This document shows positions 31,903 to 41,579 of a DNA stretch of 64,000 nt, piece after piece. The stretch spans positions 128,402-192,401 of the forward strand of contig CAVZOL010000004.1 in assembly GCA_963776895.1 (NCBI GenBank). Direction: 5' to 3'. The notes beneath the pieces are model-generated. The model was not told where the DNA came from. It saw nothing but the letters and a program-made list of their open reading frames with translations, and ran no database searches. This stretch comes from Ignavibacteriota bacterium (GTDB lineage: Bacteria > Bacteroidota > Ignavibacteria > Palsa-1295). The position numbers and the translations under genes are program-made. Each line of letters starts with the position of its first letter. The stretch's first letter is position 1.

Positions 31903-33356
31903 GATCCAACCTCCTCTTCAAAATCCGCCTGCTCCACGCGATCCGTGTGCGCCTGCGGCAGCGACGTCTTTAATTCAAACATAGGAATAACCGGCATCGC
32001 GCGCAGGAATAGCAGCATCATCGTCACGAAAAATCCGATGGTTCCCGCAAAGGTGAGCACGTCAAAAATCGTCGGCTTGAAATAGCCCCATGAGCTTGGC
32101 AGAAAATCGCGTGTCAAGCTCACCGCGATGATAACGAACCGTTCGAGCCACATGCCGATATTGACGACGATAGAAATAATAAAGAGCAGCACAACATTCC
32201 GCCGGATTTTCCGCCACCACAAAAATTGCGGCGTGATTACGTTGCACAGCACCAGCGTCCAATAAAACGGAGCATACGGCCCGATCGCACGATTCAGGAT
32301 CAGGAAATGCTCGTACTTATTGCCGGAATAGATCAGCCCGAAAAATGGCTCGAACGAATAGGCATAGCCTACGATAAGTCCGGTCGCCAACATCACCTTC
32401 CCCATGCTGTCGATATGCCGCATGGTGATGTATTCTTCGAGATGAAACAGCTTGCGCGACGGCAGAACAAGCGTAAGCACCATCGCAAACCCGGAATACA
32501 CCGCGCCGGCCACGAAATACGGCGGGAAAATCGTCGTATGCCAGCCGGGAACGATAGCAACCGCGAAATCCATACTAACGACAGAATGCACCGAAACCAC
32601 AAGCGGCGTACAGAGACCGGCCAGCAAGAGCGCAGCCGTTTCATAGCGGCTCCAATGCCGGGTCGAGCCGCGCCAGCCCATCGAAAGCATGCCGTAGAAC
32701 TTTTTAAGGAACGTGGGCTTGGCACGGTCGCGCAGGGTTCCAAAATCCGGCACCATACCAATAAACCAGAATACCAGCGAAAGCGTAAAATACGTCGAGA
32801 CCGCGAACACGTCCCACACCAGCGGACTCTTGAATTGCGGCCACACGCCCATCGTATTCGGAAGCGGGAACAGCCAGTACGCAAGCCACGGACGACCGGT
32901 GTGGAATACCGGAAACATTCCCGCGCACATAACCGCAAAGATCGTCATTGTTTCCGAGAACCGGCTGATCGAAGTGCGCCACTCTTGCTTCAAGAGAAGA
33001 AGAATAGCGGAAATGAGCGTACCGGCATGACCAATACCGATCCACCAGACAAAATTCGTGATCGCCCATGCCCACGCGACGGGTTGGTTGTTTCCCCAAA
33101 TTCCGATACCCTTGAAAACAAGCACAGTGAGCGCAAATACCAGCCCGACCACCAACGAGGATGACACAAGCAACGCGCCAAACCACCAACGGGGCGTCCC
33201 CATGTTCAGGATGATTCCCGTTATCTTGTCTGTGATCGCCTCATAGGTCAGCCCATGCGCCATCACCGGCCCATCGGCCGAGTTAATATCATGCTCGCCC
33301 GGCCACCGTTCCTCGGCGAGAATGCCGGTCTTCATGTTTGTATCGTAGGCGCTCAT
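31899..33356 (-). CDS. actC: Alternative complex III subunit ActC (NrfD/PsrC family)
   Basis: NFVWWIGIGHAGTLISAIL, WDVFAVSTY and GWHTTIFPPYFVAGA. Confidence 0.96.
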   Translation of the reverse strand: MSAYDTNMKTGILAEERWPGEHDINSADGPVMAHGLTYEAITDKITGIILNMGTPRWWFGALLVSSSLVVGLVFALTVLVFKGIGIWGNNQPVAWAWAITNFVWWIGIGHAGTLISAILLLLKQEWRTSISRFSETMTIFAVMCAGMFPVFHTGRPWLAYWLFPLPNTMGVWPQFKSPLVWDVFAVSTYFTLSLVFWFIGMVPDFGTLRDRAKPTFLKKFYGMLSMGWRGSTRHWSRYETAALLLAGLCTPLVVSVHSVVSMDFAVAIVPGWHTTIFPPYFVAGAVYSGFAMVLTLVLPSRKLFHLEEYITMRHIDSMGKVMLATGLIVGYAYSFEPFFGLIYSGNKYEHFLILNRAIGPYAPFYWTLVLCNVITPQFLWWRKIRRNVVLLFIISIVVNIGMWLERFVIIAVSLTRDFLPSSWGYFKPTIFDVLTFAGTIGFFVTMMLLFLRAMPVIPMFELKTSLPQAHTDRVEQADFEEEVGS

Positions 33357-33359
33357 GCT

Positions 33360-36300
33360 TTAAGCAGTCTCCTCCAAAATATTATAGCGCGTCGAAGGAA
33401 GGCGTTTGATCTCCGGATTCGGATTCCGAACGACTCCGAGATACGTGGTGCGCGGCTGGGTATTCAGATCGCCCAAAAGCGAGTAATTACGCGAATCGGT
33501 CTTGAGCTTTGCTACGCGGCTCGTCGGATCGTTAATGTCGCCGAACACGATCGCATCCGTCGGGCAGACGGCCTCGCAGGCGGTAACGATATCTCCATCG
33601 CGGACGCGGCGGTTCTCTTTTTCAGCGCCGATCTTCGCGTCCTGAATACGCTGTACGCAATACGTGCATTTTTCCATCACGCCGCGGCTGCGCACCGTTA
33701 CTTCGGGGTTCCGCATCATCTTGAATTGCGGCGTCGTCCAGTCCTGGAATAGCAAGAAGTTGAACCGGCGAACTTTGTAAGGACAATTATTCGAGCAGTA
33801 GCGTGTGCCCACACAACGGTTATACGTCATGTCGTTCAAGCCTTCGGAGCTATGCACTGTCGCGCCAACGGGACAGACAAGCTCGCAAGGCGCGTTTTCG
33901 CACTGCTGGCAGGGAACCGGCTGGAAATAGGTTTCGGGATCCTCTGCTGCTCCGGTGTAATATCTATCCACGCGGATCCAGTGCATTTCGCGGCTGCGCA
34001 GCACTTGTTCTTTACCGACGACGGGAATGTTATTTTCCGCCACGCATGCGGCCATGCACGCATTGCAGCCGATGCAGGAGTTCAGGTCGATCGTCATGCC
34101 CCAGGCGTAGCCCTTATATTCATAATGCGGGAACAGGGACATGTCCTTCGACGGCTCTTGTAAATTTTCCGGCGCTCTGCCGTCGTCATCCGCTTGGGCA
34201 GCGGCATGGTGAACGAAATCCGGATGCTTTTTATACTCGGGGAATGTCGCGGAACGAACCGCATTGCGGTCTTCCATCGAAAAATGGATCTGGGTTCCCG
34301 CAAGGTCGTAGGTCTGGTCTTTTTTAACGACTTTTGCTCCCGTTGCAAACCAGAAATTTTTGGTCGTTCGAATTTTTCCAGCGTCGAATCCCAGTCCGGT
34401 TCCTACCTGTCCGGCGCGCTTGCGTCCATAGCCAAGATGAAGCGTGATCGTGTTATCCGGCTGTCCGGGGATGATCCATACCGGCGCATTCACGCTCTTG
34501 CCATCGACCTCAATGTGAATCACATCCGAGGCATATTCGCCACCGGAAAATTTGAGCGAAGCATTTAAATCCAGCGCCTCGGCAGTTTTTTTGCTGATGT
34601 AGGCTGCGTTATCCCAGGTGAGCGTGGAGATCGGCTTCGGAAGTTCCTGCAGCCATCCAAGATTCGCATAGCGGCCATCGAAAATGGTGGGGTCGGGGCG
34701 GAACACAATATCGAAAGTGTCTGCGCTACCTGCTGCGGCCGCCGCAGGAGCAGCAAGCGGAGATGCCGCAGGCGTTACCGGAGTTCCGGCAGAGGAATTT
34801 TGAACGATACCATCGTTCAAAGCCCTGCGCCAGGTTTTTACAACATCGCCGGCTTTATCGCCATTGGTCCAATAATTTTTTACGATGTCGTAAGACCCAA
34901 GCGTTGCGTTCTTTGTAAAAGTCGTTAATACTTCTGCGGCGGTTTTGCCGCCATAGAGCGGTGCAATAAGCGGCTGAATGATCGAAGCTGTGCCATCATG
35001 GGCGCGCACATCGCCCCAGGATTCGAGAAAATGCGCTTCGGGTATATGCCAGTGGGCATGTTCGGCCGTCTCATCGTAATAGAGGCCGTGATGCGCGATG
35101 AACGGAACTTTCTTCATCGCATCCGCAAAATTCAGATCGGCAGGAGCGGAATAAACCGGATTCACTCCGCCCAAAATAATGAGCGAATCTACTTCGCCCT
35201 TCGCCATATCGAGCGCAAGGTCGGTGATCGAAGCGAGATGATCCATCGGGCTTGCCTCGACTGCGCTAGAATAAAAAACGGTTTGACCGGCATTCCCAAG
35301 CGCATCGTTGATCTTGGCAACCAACGAGTGAACATAAGCCGATTGCCATTCGCCGGCAATCACGATCGAGCGTCCCTTGTTTGCAAGGAGATCTTTTGCG
35401 ACAGCGTTTACAAATTCCTGTTGGCGGCTCGAACTTGTTTTGCCGGACGCTCCGACGCCGATAGCGGTAGCAACAGCGGCAACAAATCCTTCAAATTCGC
35501 TCGGACGGATCGCAATGCGGTTATCCGCGCTCGCGCCTGTGGTGCTTACCGAAGTTTCCGCAGCATAGAGCCGGCTCATATCCGTGCTCGAAGAGCTAAC
35601 TTTTCTACGTTCGGCCCAGTCGCGCGCGTAGCGAACGCTGGAACCGGAATCCGTCATAAAATCGCTATCGAGGGTAAGGATGCGGTCTGCTTTATCGAAG
35701 CGATACATCACATTTGTATTCGCTCCTGCGCCGTAAAATTGCCCGTTGCCTCTTGCCGGTTCGTACTGATGCCACTTTGCGTTCGGCATCTCAGCAAGAA
35801 TGCCTTGCATCATTGCAGCAAACGATGGCGAGGTCGTGGATTCTGTAAGGAATCGCAACCCCTCACCCTTTTTCGATTGCACGAGTGAAACGCGCCCCGC
35901 GATGGCCGTCATGAAATCACCCCACGCGCTTAACTCGCCCATGTGATTGATTCCCTGCGAACGGTCGGGATCGTACAAACCTAAAATTGCTCCTTGCGCA
36001 AAAAGATCGGTCGCGCCTAAACTTGCTGGATGGTCGGGATTACCTTCGACTTTTGTCGGACGGCCCATGTTGCTTCGGACGAGCAACCCGATCGCTCCGC
36101 CTGAGCGAGGCATAGCGGTGGCAAAATAAAGCGCCTTACCCGGTACAATTTCCTCCGGCTGCTTTACATAAGGAATGACATCTTCTTTCGGCTGGACGGT
36201 GCAAGCCGCAAGGCCGGCAAGTCCCAGGGACGCACCCATCAGTTTCATGAAGGAACGACGGCTCACCGGATCGATCAGCACTTCTGTCTGCGATGGATAC

Positions 36301-36485
36301 TCCCGCCGAACGAAGGAATCGAATTCGGGCGAATCTGCAAGCTCATCGAGCGAACGCCAATATTGCTTGCCGTTCGTGGCCTTCGCCTTCAGTTCAAGGT
36401 TAATGGAAGCTGCTTTTTCACGCTCCGCGACCGTGACCTGAAGGTCACGGCTACTGAGCACGGGGAGTTCAAACTTATTATCCAT
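33360..36485 (-). CDS. actB: Alternative complex III subunit ActB (molybdopterin-oxidoreductase-like domain + Fe-S domain)
   Basis: YWRSLDEL, Tat-like SRRSFMKL, GRPTKVEGNPDHP and Fe-S motifs CIGCNACMAAC, CQQCENAPC, CVGTRYCSNNC, CTYC. Confidence 0.96.
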   Translation of the reverse strand: MDNKFELPVLSSRDLQVTVAEREKAASINLELKAKATNGKQYWRSLDELADSPEFDSFVRREYPSQTEVLIDPVSRRSFMKLMGASLGLAGLAACTVQPKEDVIPYVKQPEEIVPGKALYFATAMPRSGGAIGLLVRSNMGRPTKVEGNPDHPASLGATDLFAQGAILGLYDPDRSQGINHMGELSAWGDFMTAIAGRVSLVQSKKGEGLRFLTESTTSPSFAAMMQGILAEMPNAKWHQYEPARGNGQFYGAGANTNVMYRFDKADRILTLDSDFMTDSGSSVRYARDWAERRKVSSSSTDMSRLYAAETSVSTTGASADNRIAIRPSEFEGFVAAVATAIGVGASGKTSSSRQQEFVNAVAKDLLANKGRSIVIAGEWQSAYVHSLVAKINDALGNAGQTVFYSSAVEASPMDHLASITDLALDMAKGEVDSLIILGGVNPVYSAPADLNFADAMKKVPFIAHHGLYYDETAEHAHWHIPEAHFLESWGDVRAHDGTASIIQPLIAPLYGGKTAAEVLTTFTKNATLGSYDIVKNYWTNGDKAGDVVKTWRRALNDGIVQNSSAGTPVTPAASPLAAPAAAAAGSADTFDIVFRPDPTIFDGRYANLGWLQELPKPISTLTWDNAAYISKKTAEALDLNASLKFSGGEYASDVIHIEVDGKSVNAPVWIIPGQPDNTITLHLGYGRKRAGQVGTGLGFDAGKIRTTKNFWFATGAKVVKKDQTYDLAGTQIHFSMEDRNAVRSATFPEYKKHPDFVHHAAAQADDDGRAPENLQEPSKDMSLFPHYEYKGYAWGMTIDLNSCIGCNACMAACVAENNIPVVGKEQVLRSREMHWIRVDRYYTGAAEDPETYFQPVPCQQCENAPCELVCPVGATVHSSEGLNDMTYNRCVGTRYCSNNCPYKVRRFNFLLFQDWTTPQFKMMRNPEVTVRSRGVMEKCTYCVQRIQDAKIGAEKENRRVRDGDIVTACEAVCPTDAIVFGDINDPTSRVAKLKTDSRNYSLLGDLNTQPRTTYLGVVRNPNPEIKRLPSTRYNILEETA

Positions 36486-37147
36486 TATCTATGACAAGTT
36501 GAACAACTGGTGAGCACGTCGCTTCCGAGCACGTTATATTCTTTCTTCAATTTCAAACCAAGCTCTTTCTGATTCGCCGGCGGCTCGTAGGCCATGTTGA
36601 ACACCTGGCTGCGCGGCCTCAAATATTGCTCCGGCGCGCGATGGCACTGAAGGCACCACTCCATTTGCAGCGAAGATACCTGCGTGACAAGCGGCATCTG
36701 ATCGACCCGGCCGTGGCACGTAGCGCAACCGACGCCTTTATTGATATGGATGGAATGGTTGAAATAAACGAAATCGGGAAGGTCGTGAATGCGCGTCCAT
36801 TTGATGGGGATGCCAGTTTTCCAGCTTTCGCGGACGGGTTCGAGGTACGTCGTTGTTGCAAAAAGCTGCGTGTGGCAGTTCATGCATGTTTTAGTCGGAG
36901 GCATACCGGCGCTGGCGGAGCTTTCGACCGAAGTGTGGCAATAGCGGCAATCGATGCCATCATCGCCTACATGATGCTTATGGCTGAATTGAACCGGCTG
37001 GGTTTTGATGATGTCGGTCTGATTCCAATACGAAGAGCGCGGTAACCCAAGAAAAATGTAGTAAACGGCGAGCGCAGCAATTCCACCAGAAGCCACGAGC
37101 GATATGCGCGCTATCGCGTTCGTGCTCTTCTTAAAAATTTGCGGCAT
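36485..37147 (-). CDS. actA: Alternative complex III pentaheme cytochrome c ActA
   Basis: Five CxxCH motifs (CRYCH, CMNCH, CATCH, CLQCH, CSTCH) and QPVQFSHKHH. Confidence 0.96.
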   Translation of the reverse strand: MPQIFKKSTNAIARISLVASGGIAALAVYYIFLGLPRSSYWNQTDIIKTQPVQFSHKHHVGDDGIDCRYCHTSVESSASAGMPPTKTCMNCHTQLFATTTYLEPVRESWKTGIPIKWTRIHDLPDFVYFNHSIHINKGVGCATCHGRVDQMPLVTQVSSLQMEWCLQCHRAPEQYLRPRSQVFNMAYEPPANQKELGLKLKKEYNVLGSDVLTSCSTCHR

Positions 37148-37190
37148 CTATCGGTTCAGGCCTGAGGATGTTCAAATCAAACGGCTTCAC

Positions 37191-37259
37191 GCATGATGGC
37201 TCATGCTGCATGATCGATAATGTCCGCATGATCGCTCATGCTGGCATTATCGCTCCTGT
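37191..37259. repeat. Four tandem copies of a 16-bp palindrome (GCATGATCGCTCATGC consensus), period 17-18 bp
   Basis: Units start at 37191, 37208, 37226 and 37244, 44-112 bp upstream of actA. Confidence 0.8.
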
Positions 37260-37435
37260 TTCGGGGAAAGAGCAATTACGAATGAAATTTACAGCTTCCG
37301 AGGACGCATTCCGTGCCTTCGCAGGGCAGTGTCATTCGTGGTTGTTCGTTCTTTTCACTACAAAAATAATAAAAAAATGAAGCGTGTCTGTAAAAATCGT
37401 ATTTTTGTTGCTAAAGGAAACTCTGATTTTAAGTA

Positions 37436-37565
37436 TGCTTGTCATTCCGAGCGGAGTTCGCCGTAGCGAAACAGAGACGAACGGAGTCGAGGAATCTCCG
37501 GAGATTCGTCGACTCCGCAATCATTGCCGCTCCGCCAATGATTGCTATGCTCGGAATGACAAGCA
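37436..37565. repeat. Branched palindromic element, same family as 17690-17841
   Basis: TGCTTGTCATTCCGAGC...GCTCGGAATGACAAGCA termini; internal GGAGTCGAGGAATCT/AGATTCGTCGACTCC. Confidence 0.85.
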
Positions 37566-37662
37566 CGCATATTTAATATGAGATTCCCAATGAGTGAATG
37601 AGTGTTACTTTCTTTACTCATAAATCGTTACTCGTTACTCATAACTCGTTACTCATAGCTGA

Positions 37663-37911
37663 ATGAAAGACTTAGAACTACTATCAACCTACCCGACCGA
37701 ATTCGAAGCCGAACTTGTACGCCACAAACTCGAAGCGCGCGGCATCGAAGCGATGCTCGAAGCGCAGGACCGATCGAACGTCATCCCATCCATCGACTAC
37801 GCCAACGGATTTCACCTCTATGTGGAGCTTGAAGACTTAGCGCGCGCCAAAGCCATCATCGAAGATAACGATGACAGCTTGATGGAAGATGAAGATATGG
37901 AAGAAGCGTGA
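37663..37911 (+). CDS. DUF2007 (putative signal-transducing) protein
   Basis: YPTEFEAELVRHKLEARGIEA...LYVELEDLARAKAII pattern. Confidence 0.85.
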   Translation: MKDLELLSTYPTEFEAELVRHKLEARGIEAMLEAQDRSNVIPSIDYANGFHLYVELEDLARAKAIIEDNDDSLMEDEDMEEA

Positions 37912-37944
37912 TCCAGAACCACGATTAACACCAGGATTTACAGG

Positions 37945-39156
37945 ATGGAAAGGATGTTCAGGATGATTCGCTCTCTTCTACCGGTCGTGCTGCTGTTCGT
38001 TGGCTTGGTAACTGTGGGACATGCCCAGCCGAATATTCTCGACAAATTCGTTGGCGGACCAATGGATGAGAACGGCGGCTATGAAGACCTGAGCAAATTC
38101 GTAATCGCCAGCAACGGCTGGATGTACCTTACCTGCCCGCTTGGAGTTTTTGCATCTTCAAATCAAGCGCTGTCCTGGACCATCCTGGACTCGGGCGCCC
38201 TCAATTTCTGTTTTAGCCCAGACAGCACGTTGTACCTCGCAGGCGCAAATGGCGTTTATTCCAGCACGAATTTTGGCGCGACGTGGAGCAACCTTAGCAA
38301 TCAACTCCCGAACGGCCCGTTCTATTCTGTGGTCGCCACGATAAATGGAACTATTTTTACGGGATGTCCCGACGGCGTCTTTCGATCGACGGATAACGGA
38401 GTCGATTGAGATCAGGTCGCGCAAAGCCAAATCACATTTTCCAGCGGACTCTGGCTAACAACGACGCTCACCGGAACCGTTATGGCACGTAATGGGAATG
38501 CTTACTTTCGCTCCACCGACAATGGCGATACGTGGACAACTTCTGTTCCACTTACGATCCAGATTTGGCCTGTCTCGGCCAATGATATTATCCGGCAAGG
38601 CAGCGACGGCGGCCTTGAACGCTCGACAGACGATGGCGTATCGTGGAACCTAATTCCCGGACTTCCCGCCGGCAACCCCTGGGATGTTGCAATGGACCAA
38701 TCGGGCAATCTCTTCGCGTTCTTTGCGTGGCAACTCTACATTTCCGAAGACGGCGGCACAACGTGGTCGGTGGTTGGCACTATTTCAGGCGGGGGACAAG
38801 AGCTTGCGTTCTCGCAAAACCATACGCTTTACTTCTCGCAGGAATCGGCAGGCATTTGGAGAACTTTGACGCCACTGAGCGGCGTATCCATCGAGCGAGA
38901 ACAGTCTGGCTCATCCATTCAATTAGTTCCGAGCGAGTCGGGAGTTCCCGCCGTCTCATTCACATTGCCTTCTTCCGGTTACGCAACACTTTCGCTCTTC
39001 GATGTGCTCGGGAATGAATTAGTGACACTGGCGGAAGGAGCATTCGGTGAAGGCGAGCACCAGGTTAATGTGCCGAACACGCTCCCATCCGGCGGATACT
39101 TCTGTGTGTTACGAACGACTTCAGAAGAGAAGATATTAAAAGTGCTGCTACAATGA
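37945..39156 (+). CDS. Secreted BNR/Asp-box beta-propeller protein with T9SS C-terminal domain; one in-frame TGA at 38407-38409
   Basis: Repeated SxDxGxTW motifs. The two ORF-track pieces share a frame. C-terminus LSLFDVLGNEL...LPSGGYFCVL. Confidence 0.8.
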
Positions 39157-39247
39157 TCTATGTAACCCGAAACCGCTGCACACATGAGTGTCATCAATAA
39201 CGCAAAAGTGGGAATTTTGTGTGGTGTAGCATAATCCCTCGTGTCCA

Positions 39248-40012
39248 CTAATGTGAGTGCTTAGTTTGGGTGGTGTCGGTGGAATGGAGGGTGTCGCTTG
39301 GAATATACTCCCAATGCCCCTGGCTAAATCCAGTACTGAAGCCGGTGGGAACCCATTTCCTGACCCGCGTGTCCGGTACTACGTGGGCTGTATCCACGGC
39401 CGGCATCGCTGCTCTGGCAGTAGTGTCTGGCACAATGGTAGTAGTCTCCGGCGCTGCGCTGTTCATGTCGGTTTTATAGAGCGTTGCGTTCGTAGAACCG
39501 ATTACTGCACCAACCACACCACCTACCGTAGCGCCAAGCAGCGCGCCTCCCACGATAGAAAAAAGCTGGCCGAACCCATTGCCGATCGCAGTGCCAAATC
39601 CGTTGGCAACCCCCTCAATGATGTTATCCGAAGGAGGGGGAGGCGTCGGGACAAACAATGCATTGCCGATAACGCCCCCCAGGAGACCTCCGGCTATAAC
39701 TCCAAGAAAACCGCCTGCAAATCCTTGCGGATTCGCTATTTTAATGCAGGCCACGCTATCGGTCGGCACCGAAACTTCCTTGCCATGCTCGGTTAATTGC
39801 CATCTCGTAGAATCCTTTCGAATGGCAACCGCATAATAATTTCCGGAAATTCCGTTCGATAAGGTAACGCACGCACCATGAAGTGTGCTTTGTCGCAAAA
39901 TGTCCTCGGAGGTCTGTGGATCGCTGCTTAAATAATTGGTCGTTGTACAGCCCGAAACCGCCATCCATACCAGTGCTAACAATGTGAAAAATGGGAATTT
40001 TGAATGTGCCAT
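39248..40012 (-). CDS. Hypothetical lipoprotein with glycine-zipper segments
   Basis: Lipobox AVSGC and GxxxG-rich hydrophobic stretches. Confidence 0.7.
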   Translation of the reverse strand: MAHSKFPFFTLLALVWMAVSGCTTTNYLSSDPQTSEDILRQSTLHGACVTLSNGISGNYYAVAIRKDSTRWQLTEHGKEVSVPTDSVACIKIANPQGFAGGFLGVIAGGLLGGVIGNALFVPTPPPPSDNIIEGVANGFGTAIGNGFGQLFSIVGGALLGATVGGVVGAVIGSTNATLYKTDMNSAAPETTTIVPDTTARAAMPAVDTAHVVPDTRVRKWVPTGFSTGFSQGHWEYIPSDTLHSTDTTQTKHSH

Positions 40013-40062
40013 AATGTCTCCTGTATTATGGGTACAAAATTAGCAGAATGACCGCAGCAGGT

Positions 40063-40090
40063 TGTCATGAAAATGTCATGACGATGTCGG
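40063..40090. promoter_or_regulatory. Candidate OmpR/PhoB-family direct-repeat binding site
   Basis: TGTCATG-AAAA-TGTCATG-ACGA-TGTCGG with an 11-bp period, in the divergent region upstream of dps. Confidence 0.45.
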
Positions 40091-40180
40091 AAAAATGTAA
40101 AAAGTCGGGTGCTATTTTTGAGTCATTCTTGTTTATCAGGCATACATTTTTCTGTTCATAACTAATTTTTACATATACTT

Positions 40181-40669
40181 ATGGCTGACCTACAAAAATC
40201 CATCGAAATCGGACTTACCCCGAAAGACCGTGACGGCGTTACCCGCATCCTCAATGTGCTGCTCTCCGACGAATTCCTGCTCTATACCAAAACCTGGAAG
40301 TTCCATTGGAACGTAACGGGACTGAGCTTCCACGATCTGCACCTGTTCTTAGAAGCACAATATGAAGAGCTTGACGGCTTTGTCGATGACGTCGCCGAGC
40401 GCGCCCGGTCGATCGGCGGCATCGCATTCGGGACGATGCGGGAGTTTTTAGATAATACTCGTTTGAAGGAGAATCCCGGAAAAAACCCCGAAGCCGAAGC
40501 AATGGTCGCAGTCCTTTTGGCCGATCACGAGCATATCATCCAATCCCTGCGCGCCGATCTCGAAACCGTGCAGAATAAATACCACGACGTAGGAACTTGC
40601 GATTTCCTCACCGGCCTCATGGAAAAACACGAAAAAATGGCATGGATGCTGCGAGCGTATTTGCAGTAG
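40181..40669 (+). CDS. dps: Dps-family DNA protection during starvation protein
   Basis: KTWKFHWNVTG...HDLHLFLEAQYEEL...DDVAERAR and HEKMAWMLRA. Confidence 0.96.
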   Translation: MADLQKSIEIGLTPKDRDGVTRILNVLLSDEFLLYTKTWKFHWNVTGLSFHDLHLFLEAQYEELDGFVDDVAERARSIGGIAFGTMREFLDNTRLKENPGKNPEAEAMVAVLLADHEHIIQSLRADLETVQNKYHDVGTCDFLTGLMEKHEKMAWMLRAYLQ

Positions 40670-40685
40670 TTGCGCTGAAGCCGTT

Positions 40686-41171
40686 TCAGTGGTCCATCGG
40701 CGATGGACGCCCCGTCCAACGGGGCGTCCGTGATTGCTCCGCATATTTTCGTAGCAGATACGCTCGGTAAAGCTTCCCAACCAGCTTTGCATCGCCATGG
40801 GTCACAGTGCCGTTGCCAACAAAGGAGCATACGGCATCTCGTGAAAGATGACGAATCGACTTCGCTTCGCTAAAAAGCGCATCGAGCTTAGCTAAAAATT
40901 CCTCCGACCTGCGAAAGCCTCTAAATCTCCATTCTTTATCCAGCGCTTCGATATACGCTTGCAGCCACGGTAATTTCGGTCGGCCTTCATTATACACCAG
41001 CAACGCCAATGGATGATTCCGCCATCCGATCTTCGCTTCCGGCTCGCGCATTCGTTTAATTGCGATCTGGCCAATTTGATACGCTTCAACAACCTGCTTG
41101 TTCAAGCGGCTATCATCTAAGAATCGTGCTGTTGCTGAAAGATCGTTAGGGAAGGGTAGAAAAAGATTCAT
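40686..41171 (-). CDS. Pyrimidine dimer DNA glycosylase / T4 endonuclease V-like (MSMEG_6728-like) protein
   Basis: MNLFLPFP...ARFLDDSRLNKQVVEAYQI...GWRNHP...EWRFRG. Confidence 0.75.
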   Translation of the reverse strand: MNLFLPFPNDLSATARFLDDSRLNKQVVEAYQIGQIAIKRMREPEAKIGWRNHPLALLVYNEGRPKLPWLQAYIEALDKEWRFRGFRRSEEFLAKLDALFSEAKSIRHLSRDAVCSFVGNGTVTHGDAKLVGKLYRAYLLRKYAEQSRTPRWTGRPSPMDH

Positions 41172-41184
41172 AGTGCGACAAGAC

Positions 41185-41212
41185 TCATATCAATATATCT
41201 AAATATATGAAT
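41185..41212. promoter_or_regulatory. Candidate ArsR/SmtB operator, copy 1
   Basis: TCATATCAATATATCTAAATATATGAAT; 24/28 identical to the reverse complement of 41507-41534. Confidence 0.55.
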
Positions 41213-41241
41213 ACATTGATATAGTTTGGATAAAAAAAACC

Positions 41242-41508
41242 TTATGGCAAGAGTGACGCAAACTTCTCTATCGCCTTACGGTTCACAATGACGATCACCT
41301 GACGGCCTTCTTTCTCCATCACAACGAGCTTGGCATCCGCAAGTATTTTTAGATGATGTGAGACAGCCGGTTGTGAAAGCTGAATGTCCTTCCCAACCTC
41401 ACCACAACTGACAGGACCCCGCTTGACCAACTCACGCAGAATTTTCACCCGCGTTTTATCTGCAAGCGCTTTCGCGATCCTGACAAGTTTATCGTCCCGG
41501 TCTTTCAT
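41242..41508 (-). CDS. ArsR/SmtB-family transcriptional regulator
   Basis: AKALADKTRVKIL...SCGEV...LSQPAVSHHLKILADAKLV...EGRQV. Confidence 0.93.
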   Translation of the reverse strand: MKDRDDKLVRIAKALADKTRVKILRELVKRGPVSCGEVGKDIQLSQPAVSHHLKILADAKLVVMEKEGRQVIVIVNRKAIEKFASLLP

Positions 41509-41534
41509 TCATATATTTAACTATTTCGATATGA
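41507..41534. promoter_or_regulatory. Candidate ArsR/SmtB operator, copy 2 (overlaps the arsR start)
   Basis: Minus strand reads TCATATCGAAATAGTTAAATATATGAAT. Confidence 0.55.
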
Positions 41535-41579
41535 TGAAGGTGCCGTCGAAACGATCAGACATCCACTGTAAAACACAAC

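Noticed and set aside
37191-37259. CRISPR array or iteron set
   Set aside because: The units are 16 bp with 1-2 bp gaps, there are no unique spacers, and no cas or rep gene is nearby.
38407-38409. Genetic code 4/25 or selenocysteine recoding
   Set aside because: TGA terminates many intact genes in the window, and the position corresponds to Trp, not Cys.
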